A stretch of DNA of 64,000 nt, from NCBI RefSeq assembly GCF_009914755.1, contig NC_060928.1, one strand, 5' to 3'. The position numbers and the translations under genes were made by a program. Origin of the DNA: the human T2T-CHM13v2.0 reference genome, Homo sapiens. The first letter of the stretch is position 1, and every line of letters starts with the position of its first letter. The notes below the pieces were generated by a model. The model saw only the letters and a list, made by a program, of their open reading frames with translations. It was not told where the DNA came from and did not search any database. Positions 14,701 through 29,700 of this stretch are shown piece after piece.

Positions 14701-17700
14701 CTAAGAGCGTTGAACATTTCTTTTTACAGAGCAGTTTTAAAACACTCTTTTTGTGGAATCTGAAAGTGGATAATTGGATAGCTTTGTGGATTTCGTTGGA
14801 AACGGGATGACGTATAAAATCTAGAGAGAAGCATTCTCAGGAACTTCTTTCTGATGTTTGCATTCAAGTCACAGAATTTAACATTCCTTTTCATAGTGCA
14901 GGTTTGAAACACTCTTTCTGTAGTATCTGGAAGTGGACATTTCAAGCGCTTTCAGGCCTATGGGGAGAAAGGAAATATCTTCAAATAAAAACTAGACAGA
15001 AGGATTCTCAGAAACTTATTGGTGATGTGTGTCCTAAACGAACACAGTTGAACCTTTGTTTTGATACAGCATTTTGGAAACACTCCCTTTGTAGAATCTG
15101 CAGGTGGATATTTGGATAGCTTTTAAGATTTCGTTGGAAACGGGAATTTCTTTATATAAACTCAAGACAGATGCATTCTCCGAAACTTCTCTGTGATGTT
15201 TGCATTCCACTCATAGAGTTGAAAACTTCCTTTCATAGAGCAGGTTTGAAACACTCTTTTTGTAATATTTGGAAGTGGACATTTGCAGCGCTTTGAGGCC
15301 TATGGTGAAAAAGGAAATATCTTCTCATAAAAACCAGAAACAAGCATTCTCAGAAACTTCTTTTTGATGTGTGTACTCAAGTAACAGAGTTGAACCTTCC
15401 TTTTGACACAGCAGTTTTGAAACAATCTTTTTGTAGAATCTGCAAGTGGATATTTGGATAGCTTTGAGGATTTCGTTGGAAACGGGATATCTTCATATAA
15501 AACCTAGACAGAAGCATTCTCAGAAACTTCTTTGTGCTGTATGTCCTCAATTAACAGAGTTGAACCATTGCTTGGATACAGCATTTTGGAAACATTCCTT
15601 TAGTAGAATCTGCAAGTTGATATTTAGATAGATTTGAAGATTTCGTTGGAAACGGGAATATCTTCATATAAAATCTAGACGGAGGCATTCTCAGAAACTG
15701 CTTTGTGATGTTTCCATTCAAGTCACAGAGTTGAATATTCTCTTTTATAGAGCACGTTTGAAACACTCTTTCTGCACTATCTGGAAGTGGACATTTCGAG
15801 CGCTTTGAGGCCTATGGTGAAAAAGGAAATATCTTCCCATAAAAACTAGACAGAAACATTCTCAGAAACTTGTTTGTGATGTGTGTATTCAACTAACGGA
15901 CTTGAACTTTTGTTTTTACAGAGCAGTTTTAAGACAATCTTTTTGTGGAATCAGAAAGTGGATATTCGGATGGCTTTGAGGATTTCGTTGGAAGTGGGAT
16001 TACATATAAAATCTAGAGAGAAGCATTCTCAGGAACTACTTTGTGATGTTTGCATTGAAGTCACAGAATTGAACATTCACTTTGATAGAGCAGGTTCGAA
16101 ACACTCATTCTGTAGTATCTGGAAGTGTACATTTCAAGCGCTTTCAGGCCTATGGGGAGAAAGGAAATATCTTCAAATAAAAACTAGACAGAAGCATCCT
16201 CAGAAACTTATTTGTGATGTGTGTCCTCAACTAACAGAGTTGAAACTTTGTTTTGATACAGCATTTTGGAAACACTCTTTTTGTAGAATCTGCAGGTGGA
16301 TATTTGGATAGCTTAGAGGGATTCGTTGGAAAGGGGATATCTTCATATAAAATCTAGACAGAAGCATTCTCAGAAACTTATTTGTGATGTGTGTCCTCAA
16401 CTAACAGAGTTTAACCTTGGTTTTGATACAGCATTTTGGAAACACTCCTTTTGTAGAATCTGCAGGTGGATATGTGGATAGCTTTGAAGATTTCGTTGGA
16501 AACGGGAATTTCTTCATATAAAATCAAACAGAAGCATTCTCAGAAACTTCTCTGTGATGTTTGCATTCAGCTCATGGAGTTGAACACTTCCTTTCATGGA
16601 GCAGCTTTGAAACACTCTTTCTGCACTACCAGGAAGTGGACATTTCGAGCGCTTTGAGGCCTATGGTGAAAAAGGAAATATCTTCTCATAAAAACCAGAA
16701 AGAAGCGTTCTCAAAAACTTCTTTGTGTTGTGTGTACTCATGTAACAGTGTTGAACCATCCTTTTGACAGAGCAGTTTTGAAACACTCTTTTTGTAGAAT
16801 CTGCAAGTGGATATTTGGATAGCTTTGAGGATTTCGTTGGAAACGGGTTATCTTCATATTAAATCTAGACAGAAGCATTCTCAGAAACTTCTTTGTGCTG
16901 TATGTCCTCAATTCACAGAGTTGAACGTTTGTTTGGATACAGCATTTTGGAAACAGTCCTTTAGTAGAATCTGCAAGTTGATATTTAGATAGCTTTGAAG
17001 ATTTCGTTGGAAACGGGAATATCTTCATAAAAAATCTAGACGGAAGCATTGTCAGAAACTGCTTTGTGATGTTTGCATTCAAGTCACAGAGTTAAATATT
17101 CTTTTACAGAGCAGGTTTGAAACACTCTTTCTGCACTCCCTGGAAGTGGAGATTTCGAGCGCTTTGAGGCCTATGGTGAAAAAGGAAATATCTTCCCATA
17201 AAAACTAGACGGAAGCCTTCTCAGAAACTTGTTTGAGATGTGTGTATTCAACTAAGAGCGTTGAACATTTCTTTTTACAGAGCAGTTTTAAAACACTCTT
17301 TTTGTGGAATCTGAAATTGGATAATTGGATAGCTTTGTGGATTTCGTTGGAAACGGGATGACGTATAAAATCTAGAGAGAAGCATTCTCAGGAACTTCTT
17401 TCTGATGTTTGCATTCAAGTCACAGAATTGAACATTCCTTTTCATAGTACAGGTTTGAAACACTCTTTCTGTAGTATCTGGAAGTGGACATTTCAAGCGC
17501 TTTCAGGCCTATGGGGAGAAAGGAAATATCTTCAAATAAAAACTAGACAGAAGGATTCTCAGAAACTTATTGGTGATGTGTGTCCTAAACGAACACAGTT
17601 GAACCTTTGTTTTGATACAGCATTTTGGAAACACTCCCTTTGTAGAATCTGCAGGTGGATATTTGGATAGATTTTAAGATTTCGTTGGAAACGGGAATTT

Positions 17701-20700
17701 CTTCATATAAACTCAAGACAGATGCATTCTCCGAAACTTCTCTGTGATGTTTGCATTCCACTCATAGAGTTGAAAACTTCCTTTCATAGAGCAGGTTTGA
17801 AACACTCTTTTTGTAATATTTGGAAGTGGACATTTGCAGCGCTTTGAGGCCTATGGTGAAAAAGGAAATATCTTCTCATGAAAACCAGAAACAAGCATTC
17901 TCAGAAACTTCTTTTTGATGTGTGTACTCAAGTAACAGAGTTGAACCTTCCTTTTGACACAGCAGTTTTGAAACAATCTTTTTGTAGAATCTGCAAGTGG
18001 ATATTTGGATAGCTTTGAGGATTTCGTTGGAAACGGGATATCTTCATATAAAACCTAGACAGAAGCATTCTCAGAAACTTCTTTGTACTGTATGTCGTCA
18101 ATTAACAGAGTTGAACCATTGCTTGGATACAGCATTTTGGAAACATTCCTTTAGTAGAATCTGCAAGTTGATATTTAGATAGATTTGAAGATTTCGTTGG
18201 AAACGGGAATATCTTCATATAAAATCTAGACGGAGGCATTCTCAGAAACTGCTTTGTGATGTTTCCATTCAAGTCACAGAGTTGAATATTCTCTTTTATA
18301 GAGCACGTTTGAAACACTCTTTCTGCACTATCTGGAAGTGGACATTTCGAGCGCTTTGAGGCCTATGGTGAAAAAGGAAATATCTTCCCATAAAAACTAG
18401 ACAGAAACATTCTCAGAAACTTGTTTGTGATGTGTGTATTCAACTAACGGACTTGAACTTTTGTTTTTACAGAGCAGTTTTAAGACAATCTTTTTGTGGA
18501 ATCAGAAAGTGGATATTCGGATGGCTTTGAGGATTTCGTTGGAAGTGGGATTACATATAAAATCTAGAGAGAAGCATTCTCAGGAACTACTTTGTGATGT
18601 TTGCATTGAAGTCACAGAATTGAACATTCACTTTGATAGAGCAGGTTCGAAACACTCATTCTGTAGTATCTGGAAGTGTACATTTCAAGCGCTTTCAGGC
18701 CTATGGGGAGAAAGGAAATATCTTCAAATAAAAACTAGACAGAAGCATCCTCAGAAACTTATTTGTGATGTGTGTCCTCAACTAACAGAGTTGAAACTTT
18801 GTTTTGATACAGCATTTTGGAAACACTCTTTTTGTAGAATCTGCAGGTGGATATTTGGATAGCTTAGAGGGATTCGTTGGAAAGGGGATATCTTCATATA
18901 AAATCTAGACAGAAGCATTCTCAGAAACTTATTTGTGATGTGTGTCCTCAACTAACAGAGTTTAACCTTGGTTTTGATACAGCATTTTGGAAACACTCCT
19001 TTTGTAGAATCTGCAGGTGGATATTTGGATAGCTTTGAAGATTTCGTTGGAAACGGGAATTTCTTCATATAAAATCAAACAGAAGCATTCTCAGAAACTT
19101 CTCTGTGATGTTTGCATTCAGCTCATGGAGTTGAACACTTCCTTTCATAGAGCAGGTTTGAAACACTCTTTCTGCACTACCAGGAAGTGGACATTTCGAG
19201 CGCTTTGAGGCCTATGGTGAAAAAGGAAATATCTTCTCATAAAAACCATAAAGAAGCGTTCTCAGAAACTTCTTTGTGTTGTGTGTACTCATGTAACAGT
19301 GTTGAACCATCGTTTTGACAGAGCAGTTTCGAAACACTCTTTTTGTAGAATCTGCAAGTGGATATTTGGATAGCTTTGAGGATTTCGTTGGAAACGGGTT
19401 ATCTTCATATTAAATCTAGACAGAAGCATTCTCAGAAACTTCTTTGTGCTGTATGTCCTCAATTCACAGAGTTGAACTTTGTTTGGATACAGCATTTTGG
19501 AAACATTCCTTTAGTAGAATCTGCAAGTTGATATTTAGATAGCTTTGAAGATTTCGTTGGAAACGGGAATATCTTCATAAAAAATCTAGACGGAAGCATT
19601 GTCAGAAACTGCTTTGTGATGTTTGCATTCAAGTCACAGAGTTAAATATTCTTTTATAGAGCACGTTTGAAACACTCTTTCTGCACTCCCTGGAAGTGGA
19701 GATTTCGAGCGCTTTGAGGCCTATGGTGAAAAAGGAAATATCTTCCCATAAAAACTAGACGGAAGCCTTCTCAGAAACTTGTTTGAGATGTGTGTATTCA
19801 ACTAAGAGCGTTGAACATTTCTTTTTACAGAGCAGTTTTAAAACACTCTTTTTGTGGAATCTGAAAGTGGATAATTGGATAGCTTTGTGGATTTCGTTGG
19901 AAACGGGATGACGTATAAAATCTAGAGAGAAGCATTCTCAGGAACTTCTTTCTGATGTTTGCATTCAAGTCACAGAATTTAACATTCCTTTTCATAGTGC
20001 AGGTTTGAAACACTCTTTCTGTAGTATCTGGAAGTGGACATTTCAAGCGCTTTCAGGCCTATGGGGAGAAAGGAAATATCTTCAAATAAAAACTAGACAG
20101 AAGGATTCTCAGAAACTTATTGGTGATGTGTGTCCTAAACGAACACAGTTGAACCTTTGTTTTGATACAGCATTTTGGAAACACTCCCTTTGTAGAATCT
20201 GCAGGTGGATATTTGGATAGCTTTTAAGATTTCGTTGGAAACGGGAATTTCTTTATATAAACTCAAGACAGATGCATTCTCCGAAACTTCTCTGTGATGT
20301 TTGCATTCCACTCATAGAGTTGAAAACTTCCTTTCATAGAGCAGGTTTGAAACACTCTTTTTGTAATATTTGGAAGTGGACATTTGCAGCGCTTTGAGGC
20401 CTATGGTGAAAAAGGAAATATCTTCTCATAAAAACCAGAAACAAGCATTCTCAGAAACTTCTTTTTGATGTGTGTACTCAAGTAACAGAGTTGAACCTTC
20501 CTTTTGACACAGCAGTTTTGAAACAATCTTTTTGTAGAATCTGCAAGTGGATATTTGGATAGCTTTGAGGATTTCGTTGGAAACGGGATATCTTCATATA
20601 AAACCTAGACAGAAGCATTCTCAGAAACTTCTTTGTGCTGTATGTCCTCAATTAACAGAGTTGAACCATTGCTTGGATACAGCATTTTGGAAACATTCCT

Positions 20701-23700
20701 TTAGTAGAATCTGCAAGTTGATATTTAGATAGATTTGAAGATTTCGTTGGAAACGGGAATATCTTCATATAAAATCTAGACGGAGGCATTCTCAGAAACT
20801 GCTTTGTGATGTTTCCATTCAAGTCACAGAGTTGAATATTCTCTTTTATAGAGCACGTTTGAAACACTCTTTCTGCACTATCTGGAAGTGGACATTTCGA
20901 GCGCTTTGAGGCCTATGGTGAAAAAGGAAATATCTTCCCATAAAAACTAGACAGAAACATTCTCAGAAACTTGTTTGTGATGTGTGTATTCAACTAACGG
21001 ACTTGAACTTTTGTTTTTACAGAGCAGTTTTAAGACAATCTTTTTGTGGAATCAGAAAGTGGATATTCGGATGGCTTTGAGGATTTCGTTGGAAGTGGGA
21101 TTACATATAAAATCTAGAGAGAAGCATTCTCAGGAACTACTTTGTGATGTTTGCATTGAAGTCACAGAATTGAACATTCACTTTGATAGAGCAGGTTCGA
21201 AACACTCATTCTGTAGTATCTGGAAGTGTACATTTCAAGCGCTTTCAGGCCTATGGGGAGAAAGGAAATATCTTCAAATAAAAACTAGACAGAAGCATCC
21301 TCAGAAACTTATTTGTGATGTGTGTCCTCAACTAACAGAGTTGAAACTTTGTTTTGATACAGCATTTTGGAAACACTCTTTTTGTAGAATCTGCAGGTGG
21401 ATATTTGGATAGCTTAGAGGGATTCGTTGGAAAGGGGATATCTTCATATAAAATCTAGACAGAAGCATTCTCAGAAACTTATTTGTGATGTGTGTCCTCA
21501 ACTAACAGAGTTTAACCTTGGTTTTGATACAGCATTTTGGAAACACTCCTTTTGTAGAATCTGCAGGTGGATATGTGGATAGCTTTGAAGATTTCGTTGG
21601 AAACGGGAATTTCTTCATATAAAATCAAACAGAAGCATTCTCAGAAACTTCTCTGTGATGTTTGCATTCAGCTCATGGAGTTGAACACTTCCTTTCATGG
21701 AGCAGCTTTGAAACACTCTTTCTGCACTACCAGGAAGTGGACATTTCGAGCGCTTTGAGGCCTATGGTGAAAAAGGAAATATCTTCTCATAAAAACCAGA
21801 AAGAAGCGTTCTCAAAAACTTCTTTGTGTTGTGTGTACTCATGTAACAGTGTTGAACCATCCTTTTGACAGAGCAGTTTTGAAACACTCTTTTTGTAGAA
21901 TCTGCAAGTGGATATTTGGATAGCTTTGAGGATTTCGTTGGAAACGGGTTATCTTCATATTAAATCTAGACAGAAGCATTCTCAGAAACTTCTTTGTGCT
22001 GTATGTCCTCAATTCACAGAGTTGAACGTTTGTTTGGATACAGCATTTTGGAAACAGTCCTTTAGTAGAATCTGCAAGTTGATATTTAGATAGCTTTGAA
22101 GATTTCGTTGGAAACGGGAATATCTTCATAAAAAATCTAGACGGAAGCATTGTCAGAAACTGCTTTGTGATGTTTGCATTCAAGTCACAGAGTTAAATAT
22201 TCTTTTACAGAGCAGGTTTGAAACACTCTTTCTGCACTCCCTGGAAGTGGAGATTTCGAGCGCTTTGAGGCCTATGGTGAAAAAGGAAATATCTTCCCAT
22301 AAAAACTAGACGGAAGCCTTCTCAGAAACTTGTTTGAGATGTGTGTATTCAACTAAGAGCGTTGAACATTTCTTTTTACAGAGCAGTTTTAAAACACTCT
22401 TTTTGTGGAATCTGAAATTGGATAATTGGATAGCTTTGTGGATTTCGTTGGAAACGGGATGACGTATAAAATCTAGAGAGAAGCATTCTCAGGAACTTCT
22501 TTCTGATGTTTGCATTCAAGTCACAGAATTGAACATTCCTTTTCATAGTACAGGTTTGAAACACTCTTTCTGTAGTATCTGGAAGTGGACATTTCAAGCG
22601 CTTTCAGGCCTATGGGGAGAAAGGAAATATCTTCAAATAAAAACTAGACAGAAGGATTCTCAGAAACTTATTGGTGATGTGTGTCCTAAACGAACACAGT
22701 TGAACCTTTGTTTTGATACAGCATTTTGGAAACACTCCCTTTGTAGAATCTGCAGGTGGATATTTGGATAGATTTTAAGATTTCGTTGGAAACGGGAATT
22801 TCTTCATATAAACTCAAGACAGATGCATTCTCCGAAACTTCTCTGTGATGTTTGCATTCCACTCATAGAGTTGAAAACTTCCTTTCATAGAGCAGGTTTG
22901 AAACACTCTTTTTGTAATATTTGGAAGTGGACATTTGCAGCGCTTTGAGGCCTATGGTGAAAAAGGAAATATCTTCTCATGAAAACCAGAAACAAGCATT
23001 CTCAGAAACTTCTTTTTGATGTGTGTACTCAAGTAACAGAGTTGAACCTTCCTTTTGACACAGCAGTTTTGAAACAATCTTTTTGTAGAATCTGCAAGTG
23101 GATATTTGGATAGCTTTGAGGATTTCGTTGGAAACGGGATATCTTCATATAAAACCTAGACAGAAGCATTCTCAGAAACTTCTTTGTACTGTATGTCGTC
23201 AATTAACAGAGTTGAACCATTGCTTGGATACAGCATTTTGGAAACATTCCTTTAGTAGAATCTGCAAGTTGATATTTAGATAGATTTGAAGATTTCGTTG
23301 GAAACGGGAATATCTTCATATAAAATCTAGACGGAGGCATTCTCAGAAACTGCTTTGTGATGTTTCCATTCAAGTCACAGAGTTGAATATTCTCTTTTAT
23401 AGAGCACGTTTGAAACACTCTTTCTGCACTATCTGGAAGTGGACATTTCGAGCGCTTTGAGGCCTATGGTGAAAAAGGAAATATCTTCCCATAAAAACTA
23501 GACAGAAACATTCTCAGAAACTTGTTTGTGATGTGTGTATTCAACTAACGGACTTGAACTTTTGTTTTTACAGAGCAGTTTTAAGACAATCTTTTTGTGG
23601 AATCAGAAAGTGGATATTCGGATGGCTTTGAGGATTTCGTTGGAAGTGGGATTACATATAAAATCTAGAGAGAAGCATTCTCAGGAACTACTTTGTGATG

Positions 23701-26700
23701 TTTGCATTGAAGTCACAGAATTGAACATTCACTTTGATAGAGCAGGTTCGAAACACTCATTCTGTAGTATCTGGAAGTGTACATTTCAAGCGCTTTCAGG
23801 CCTATGGGGAGAAAGGAAATATCTTCAAATAAAAACTAGACAGAAGCATCCTCAGAAACTTATTTGTGATGTGTGTCCTCAACTAACAGAGTTGAAACTT
23901 TGTTTTGATACAGCATTTTGGAAACACTCTTTTTGTAGAATCTGCAGGTGGATATTTGGATAGCTTAGAGGGATTCGTTGGAAAGGGGATATCTTCATAT
24001 AAAATCTAGACAGAAGCATTCTCAGAAACTTATTTGTGATGTGTGTCCTCAACTAACAGAGTTTAACCTTGGTTTTGATACAGCATTTTGGAAACACTCC
24101 TTTTGTAGAATCTGCAGGTGGATATTTGGATAGCTTTGAAGATTTCGTTGGAAACGGGAATTTCTTCATATAAAATCAAACAGAAGCATTCTCAGAAACT
24201 TCTCTGTGATGTTTGCATTCAGCTCATGGAGTTGAACACTTCCTTTCATAGAGCAGGTTTGAAACACTCTTTCTGCACTACCAGGAAGTGGACATTTCGA
24301 GCGCTTTGAGGCCTATGGTGAAAAAGGAAATATCTTCTCATAAAAACCATAAAGAAGCGTTCTCAGAAACTTCTTTGTGTTGTGTGTACTCATGTAACAG
24401 TGTTGAACCATCCTTTTGACAGAGCAGTTTCGAAACACTCTTTTTGTAGAATCTGCAAGTGGATATTTGGATAGCTTTGAGGATTTCGTTGGAAACGGGT
24501 TATCTTCATATTAAATCTAGACAGAAGCATTCTCAGAAACTTCTTTGTGCTGTATGTCCTCAATTCACAGAGTTGAACTTTGTTTGGATACAGCATTTTG
24601 GAAACATTCCTTTAGTAGAATCTGCAAGTTGATATTTAGATAGCTTTGAAGATTTCGTTGGAAACGGGAATATCTTCATAAAAAATCTAGACGGAAGCAT
24701 TGTCAGAAACTGCTTTGTGATGTTTGCATTCAAGTCACAGAGTTAAATATTCTTTTATAGAGCACGTTTGAAACACTCTTTCTGCACTCCCTGGAAGTGG
24801 AGATTTCGAGCGCTTTGAGGCCTATGGTGAAAAAGGAAATATCTTCCCATAAAAACTAGACGGAAGCCTTCTCAGAAACTTGTTTGAGATGTGTGTATTC
24901 AACTAACAGCGTTGAACATTTCTTTTTACAGAGCAGTTTTAAAACACTCTTTTTGTGGAATCTGAAAGTGGATAATTGGATAGCTTTGTGGATTTCGTTG
25001 GAAACGGGATGACGTATAAAATCTAGAGAGAAGCATTCTCAGGAACTTCTTTCTGATGTTTGCATTCAAGTCACAGAATTGAACATTCCTTTTCATAGTG
25101 CAGGTTTGAAACACTCTTTCTGTAGTATCTGGAAGTGGACATTTCAAGCGCTTTCAGGCCTATGGGGAGAAAGGAAATATCTTCAAATAAAAACTAGACA
25201 GAAGGATTCTCAGAAACTTATTGGTGATGTGTGTCCTAAACGAACACAGTTGAACCTTTGTTTTGATACAGCAGTTTGGAAACACTCCCTTTGTAGAATC
25301 TGCAGGTGGATATTTGGATAGATTTTAAGATTTCGTTGGAAACGGGAATTTCTTCATATAAACTCAAGACAGATGCATTCTCCGAAACTTCTCTGTGATG
25401 TTTGCATTCCACTCATAGAGTTGAAAACTTCCTTTCATAGAGCAGGTTTGAAACACTCTTTTTGTAATATTTGGAAGTGGACATTTGCAGCGCTTTGAGG
25501 CCTATGGTGAAAAAGGAAATATCTTCTCATGAAAACCAGAAACAAGCATTCTCAGAAACTTCTTTTTGATGTGTGTACTCAAGTAACAGAGTTGAACCTT
25601 CCTTTTGACACAGCAGTTTTGAAACAATCTTTTTGTAGAATCTGCAAGTGGATATTTGGATAGCTTTGAGGATTTCGTTGGAAACGGGATATCTTCATAT
25701 AAAACCTAGACAGAAGCATTCTCAGAAACTTCTTTGTGCTGTATGTCGTCAATTAACAGAGTTGAACCATTGCTTGGATACAGCATTTTGGAAACATTCC
25801 TTTAGTAGAATCTGCAAGTTGATATTTAGATAGATTTGAAGATTTCGTTGGAAACGGGAATATCTTCATATAAAATCTAGACGGAGGCATTCTCAGAAAC
25901 TGCTTTGTGATGTTTCCATTCAAGTCACAGAGTTGAATATTCTCTTTTATAGAGCACGTTTGAAACACTCTTTCTGCACTATCTGGAAGTGGACATTTCG
26001 AGCGCTTTGAGGCCTATGGTGAAAAAGGAAATATCTTCCCATAAAAACTAGACAGAAACATTCTCAGAAACTTGTTTGTGATGTGTGTATTCAACTAACG
26101 GACTTGAACTTTTGTTTTTACAGAGCAGTTTTAAGACAATCTTTTTGTGGAATCAGAAAGTGGATATTCGGATGGCTTTGAGGATTTCGTTGGAAGTGGG
26201 ATTACATATAAAATCTAGAGAGAAGCATTCTCAGGAACTACTTTGTGATGTTTGCATTGAAGTCACAGAATTGAACATTCACTTTGATAGAGCAGGTTCG
26301 AAACACTCATTCTGTAGTATCTGGAAGTGTACATTTCAAGCGCTTTCAGGCCTATGGGGAGAAAGGAAATATCTTCAAATAAAAACTAGACAGAAGCATC
26401 CTCAGAAACTTATTTGTGATGTGTGTCCTCAACTAACAGAGTTGAAACTTTGTTTTGATACAGCATTTTGGAAACACTCTTTTTGTAGAATCTGCAGGTG
26501 GATATTTGGATAGCTTAGAGGGATTCGTTGGAAAGGGGATATCTTCATATAAAATCTAGACAGAAGCATTCTCAGAAACTTATTTGTGATGTGTGTCCTC
26601 AACTAACAGAGTTGAACCTTGGTTTTGATACAGCATTTTGGAAACACTCCTTTTGTAGAATCTGCAGGTGGATATGTGGATAGCTTTGAAGATTTCGTTG

Positions 26701-29700
26701 GAAACGGGAATTTCTTCATATAAAATCAAACAGAAGCATTCTCAGAAACTTCTCTGTGATGTTTGCATTCAGCTCATGGAGTTGAACACTTCCTTTCATG
26801 GAGCAGCTTTGAAACACTCTTTCTGCACTACCAGGAAGTGGACATTTCGAGCGCTTTGAGGCCTATGGTGAAAAAGGAAATATCTTCTCATAAAAACCAG
26901 AAAGAAGCGTTCTCAGAAACTTCTTTGTGTTGTGTGTACTCATGTAACAGTGTTGAACCATCCTTTTGACAGAGCAGTTTTGAAACACTCTTTTTGTAGA
27001 ATCTGCAAGTGGATATTTGGATAGCTTTGAGGATTTCGTTGGAAACGGGTTATCTTCATATTAAATCTAGACAGAAGCATTCTCAGAAACTTCTTTGTGC
27101 TGTATGTCCTCAATTCACAGAGTTGAACGTTTGTTTGGATACAGCATTTTGGAAACAGTCCTTTAGTAGAATCTGCAAGTTGATATTTAGATAGCTTTGA
27201 AGATTTCGTTGGAAACGGGAATATCTTCATAAAAAATCTAGACGGAAGCATTGTCAGAAACTGCTTTGTGATGTTTGCATTCAAGTCACAGAGTTAAATA
27301 TTCTTTTACAGAGCAGGTTTGAAACACTCTTTCTGCACTCCCTGGAAGTGGAGATTTCGAGCGCTTTGAGGCCTATGGTGAAAAAGGAAATATCTTCCCA
27401 TAAAAACTAGACGGAAGCCTTCTCAGAAACTTGTTTGAGATGTGTGTATTCAACTAAGAGCGTTGAACATTTCTTTTTACAGAGCAGTTTTAAAACACTC
27501 TTTTTGTGGAATCTGAAATTGGATAATTGGATAGCTTTGTGGATTTCGTTGGAAACGGGATGACGTATAAAATCTAGAGAGAAGCATTCTCAGGAACTTC
27601 TTTCTGATGTTTGCATTCAAGTCACAGAATTGAACATTCCTTTTCATAGTACAGGTTTGAAACACTCTTTCTGTAGTATCTGGAAGTGGACATTTCAAGC
27701 GCTTTCAGGCCTATGGGGAGAAAGGAAATATCTTCAAATAAAAACTAGACAGAAGGATTCTCAGAAACTTATTGGTGATGTGTGTCCTAAACGAACACAG
27801 TTGAACCTTTGTTTTGATACAGCATTTTGGAAACACTCCCTTTGTAGAATCTGCAGGTGGATATTTGGATAGATTTTAAGATTTCGTTGGAAACGGGAAT
27901 TTCTTCATATAAACTCAAGACAGATGCATTCTCCGAAACTTCTCTGTGATGTTTGCATTCCACTCATAGAGTTGAAAACTTCCTTTCATAGAGCAGGTTT
28001 GAAACACTCTTTTTGTAATATTTGGAAGTGGACATTTGCAGCGCTTTGAGGCCTATGGTGAAAAAGGAAATATCTTCTCATGAAAACCAGAAACAAGCAT
28101 TCTCAGAAACTTCTTTTTGATGTGTGTACTCAAGTAACAGAGTTGAACCTTCCTTTTGACACAGCAGTTTTGAAACAATCTTTTTGTAGAATCTGCAAGT
28201 GGATATTTGGATAGCTTTGAGGATTTCGTTGGAAACGGGATATCTTCATATAAAACCTAGACAGAAGCATTCTCAGAAACTTCTTTGTACTGTATGTCGT
28301 CAATTAACAGAGTTGAACCATTGCTTGGATACAGCATTTTGGAAACATTCCTTTAGTAGAATCTGCAAGTTGATATTTATATAGATTTGAAGATTTCGTT
28401 GGAAACGGGAATATCTTCATATAAAATCTAGACGGAGGCATTCTCAGAAACTGCTTTGTGATGTTTCCATTCAAGTCACAGAGTTGAATATTCTCTTTTA
28501 TAGAGCACGTTTGAAACACTCTTTCTGCACTATCTGGAAGTGGACATTTCGAGCGCTTTGAGGCCTATGGTGAAAAAGGAAATATCTTCCCATAAAAACT
28601 AGACAGAAACATTCTCAGAAACTTGTTTGTGATGTGTGTATTCAACTAACGGACTTGAACTTTTGTTTTTACAGAGCAGTTTTAAGACAATCTTTTTGTG
28701 GAATCAGAAAGTGGATATTCGGATGGCTTTGAGGATTTCGTTGGAAGTGGGATTACATATAAAATCTAGAGAGAAGCATTCTCAGGAACTACTTTGTGAT
28801 GTTTGCATTGAAGTCACAGAATTGAACATTCACTTTGATAGAGCAGGTTCGAAACACTCATTCTGTAGTATCTGGAAGTGTACATTTCAAGCGCTTTCAG
28901 GCCTATGGGGAGAAAGGAAATATCTTCAAATAAAAACTAGACAGAAGCATCCTCAGAAACTTATTTGTGATGTGTGTCCTCAACTAACAGAGTTGAAACT
29001 TTGTTTTGATACAGCATTTTGGAAACACTCTTTTTGTAGAATCTGCAGGTGGATATTTGGATAGCTTAGAGGGATTCGTTGGAAAGGGGATATCTTCATA
29101 TAAAATCTAGACAGAAGCATTCTCAGAAACTTATTTGTGATGTGTGTCCTCAACTAACAGAGTTTAACCTTGGTTTTGATACAGCATTTTGGAAACACTC
29201 CTTTTGTAGAATCTGCAGGTGGATATTTGGATAGCTTTGAAGATTTCGTTGGAAACGGGAATTTCTTCATATAAAATCAAACAGAAGCATTCTCAGAAAC
29301 TTCTCTGTGATGTTTGCATTCAGCTCATGGAGTTGAACACTTCCTTTCATAGAGCAGGTTTGAAACACTCTTTCTGCACTACCAGGAAGTGGACATTTCG
29401 AGCGCTTTGAGGCCTATGGTGAAAAAGGAAATATCTTCTCATAAAAACCATAAAGAAGCGTTCTCAGAAACTTCTTTGTGTTGTGTGTACTCATGTAACA
29501 GTGTTGAACCATCCTTTTGACAGAGCAGTTTCGAAACACTCTTTTTGTAGAATCTGCAAGTGGATATTTGGATAGCTTTGAGGATTTCGTTGGAAACGGG
29601 TTATCTTCATATTAAATCTAGACAGAAGCATTCTCAGAAACTTCTTTGTGCTGTATGTCCTCAATTCACAGAGTTGAACTTTGTTTGGATACAGCATTTT

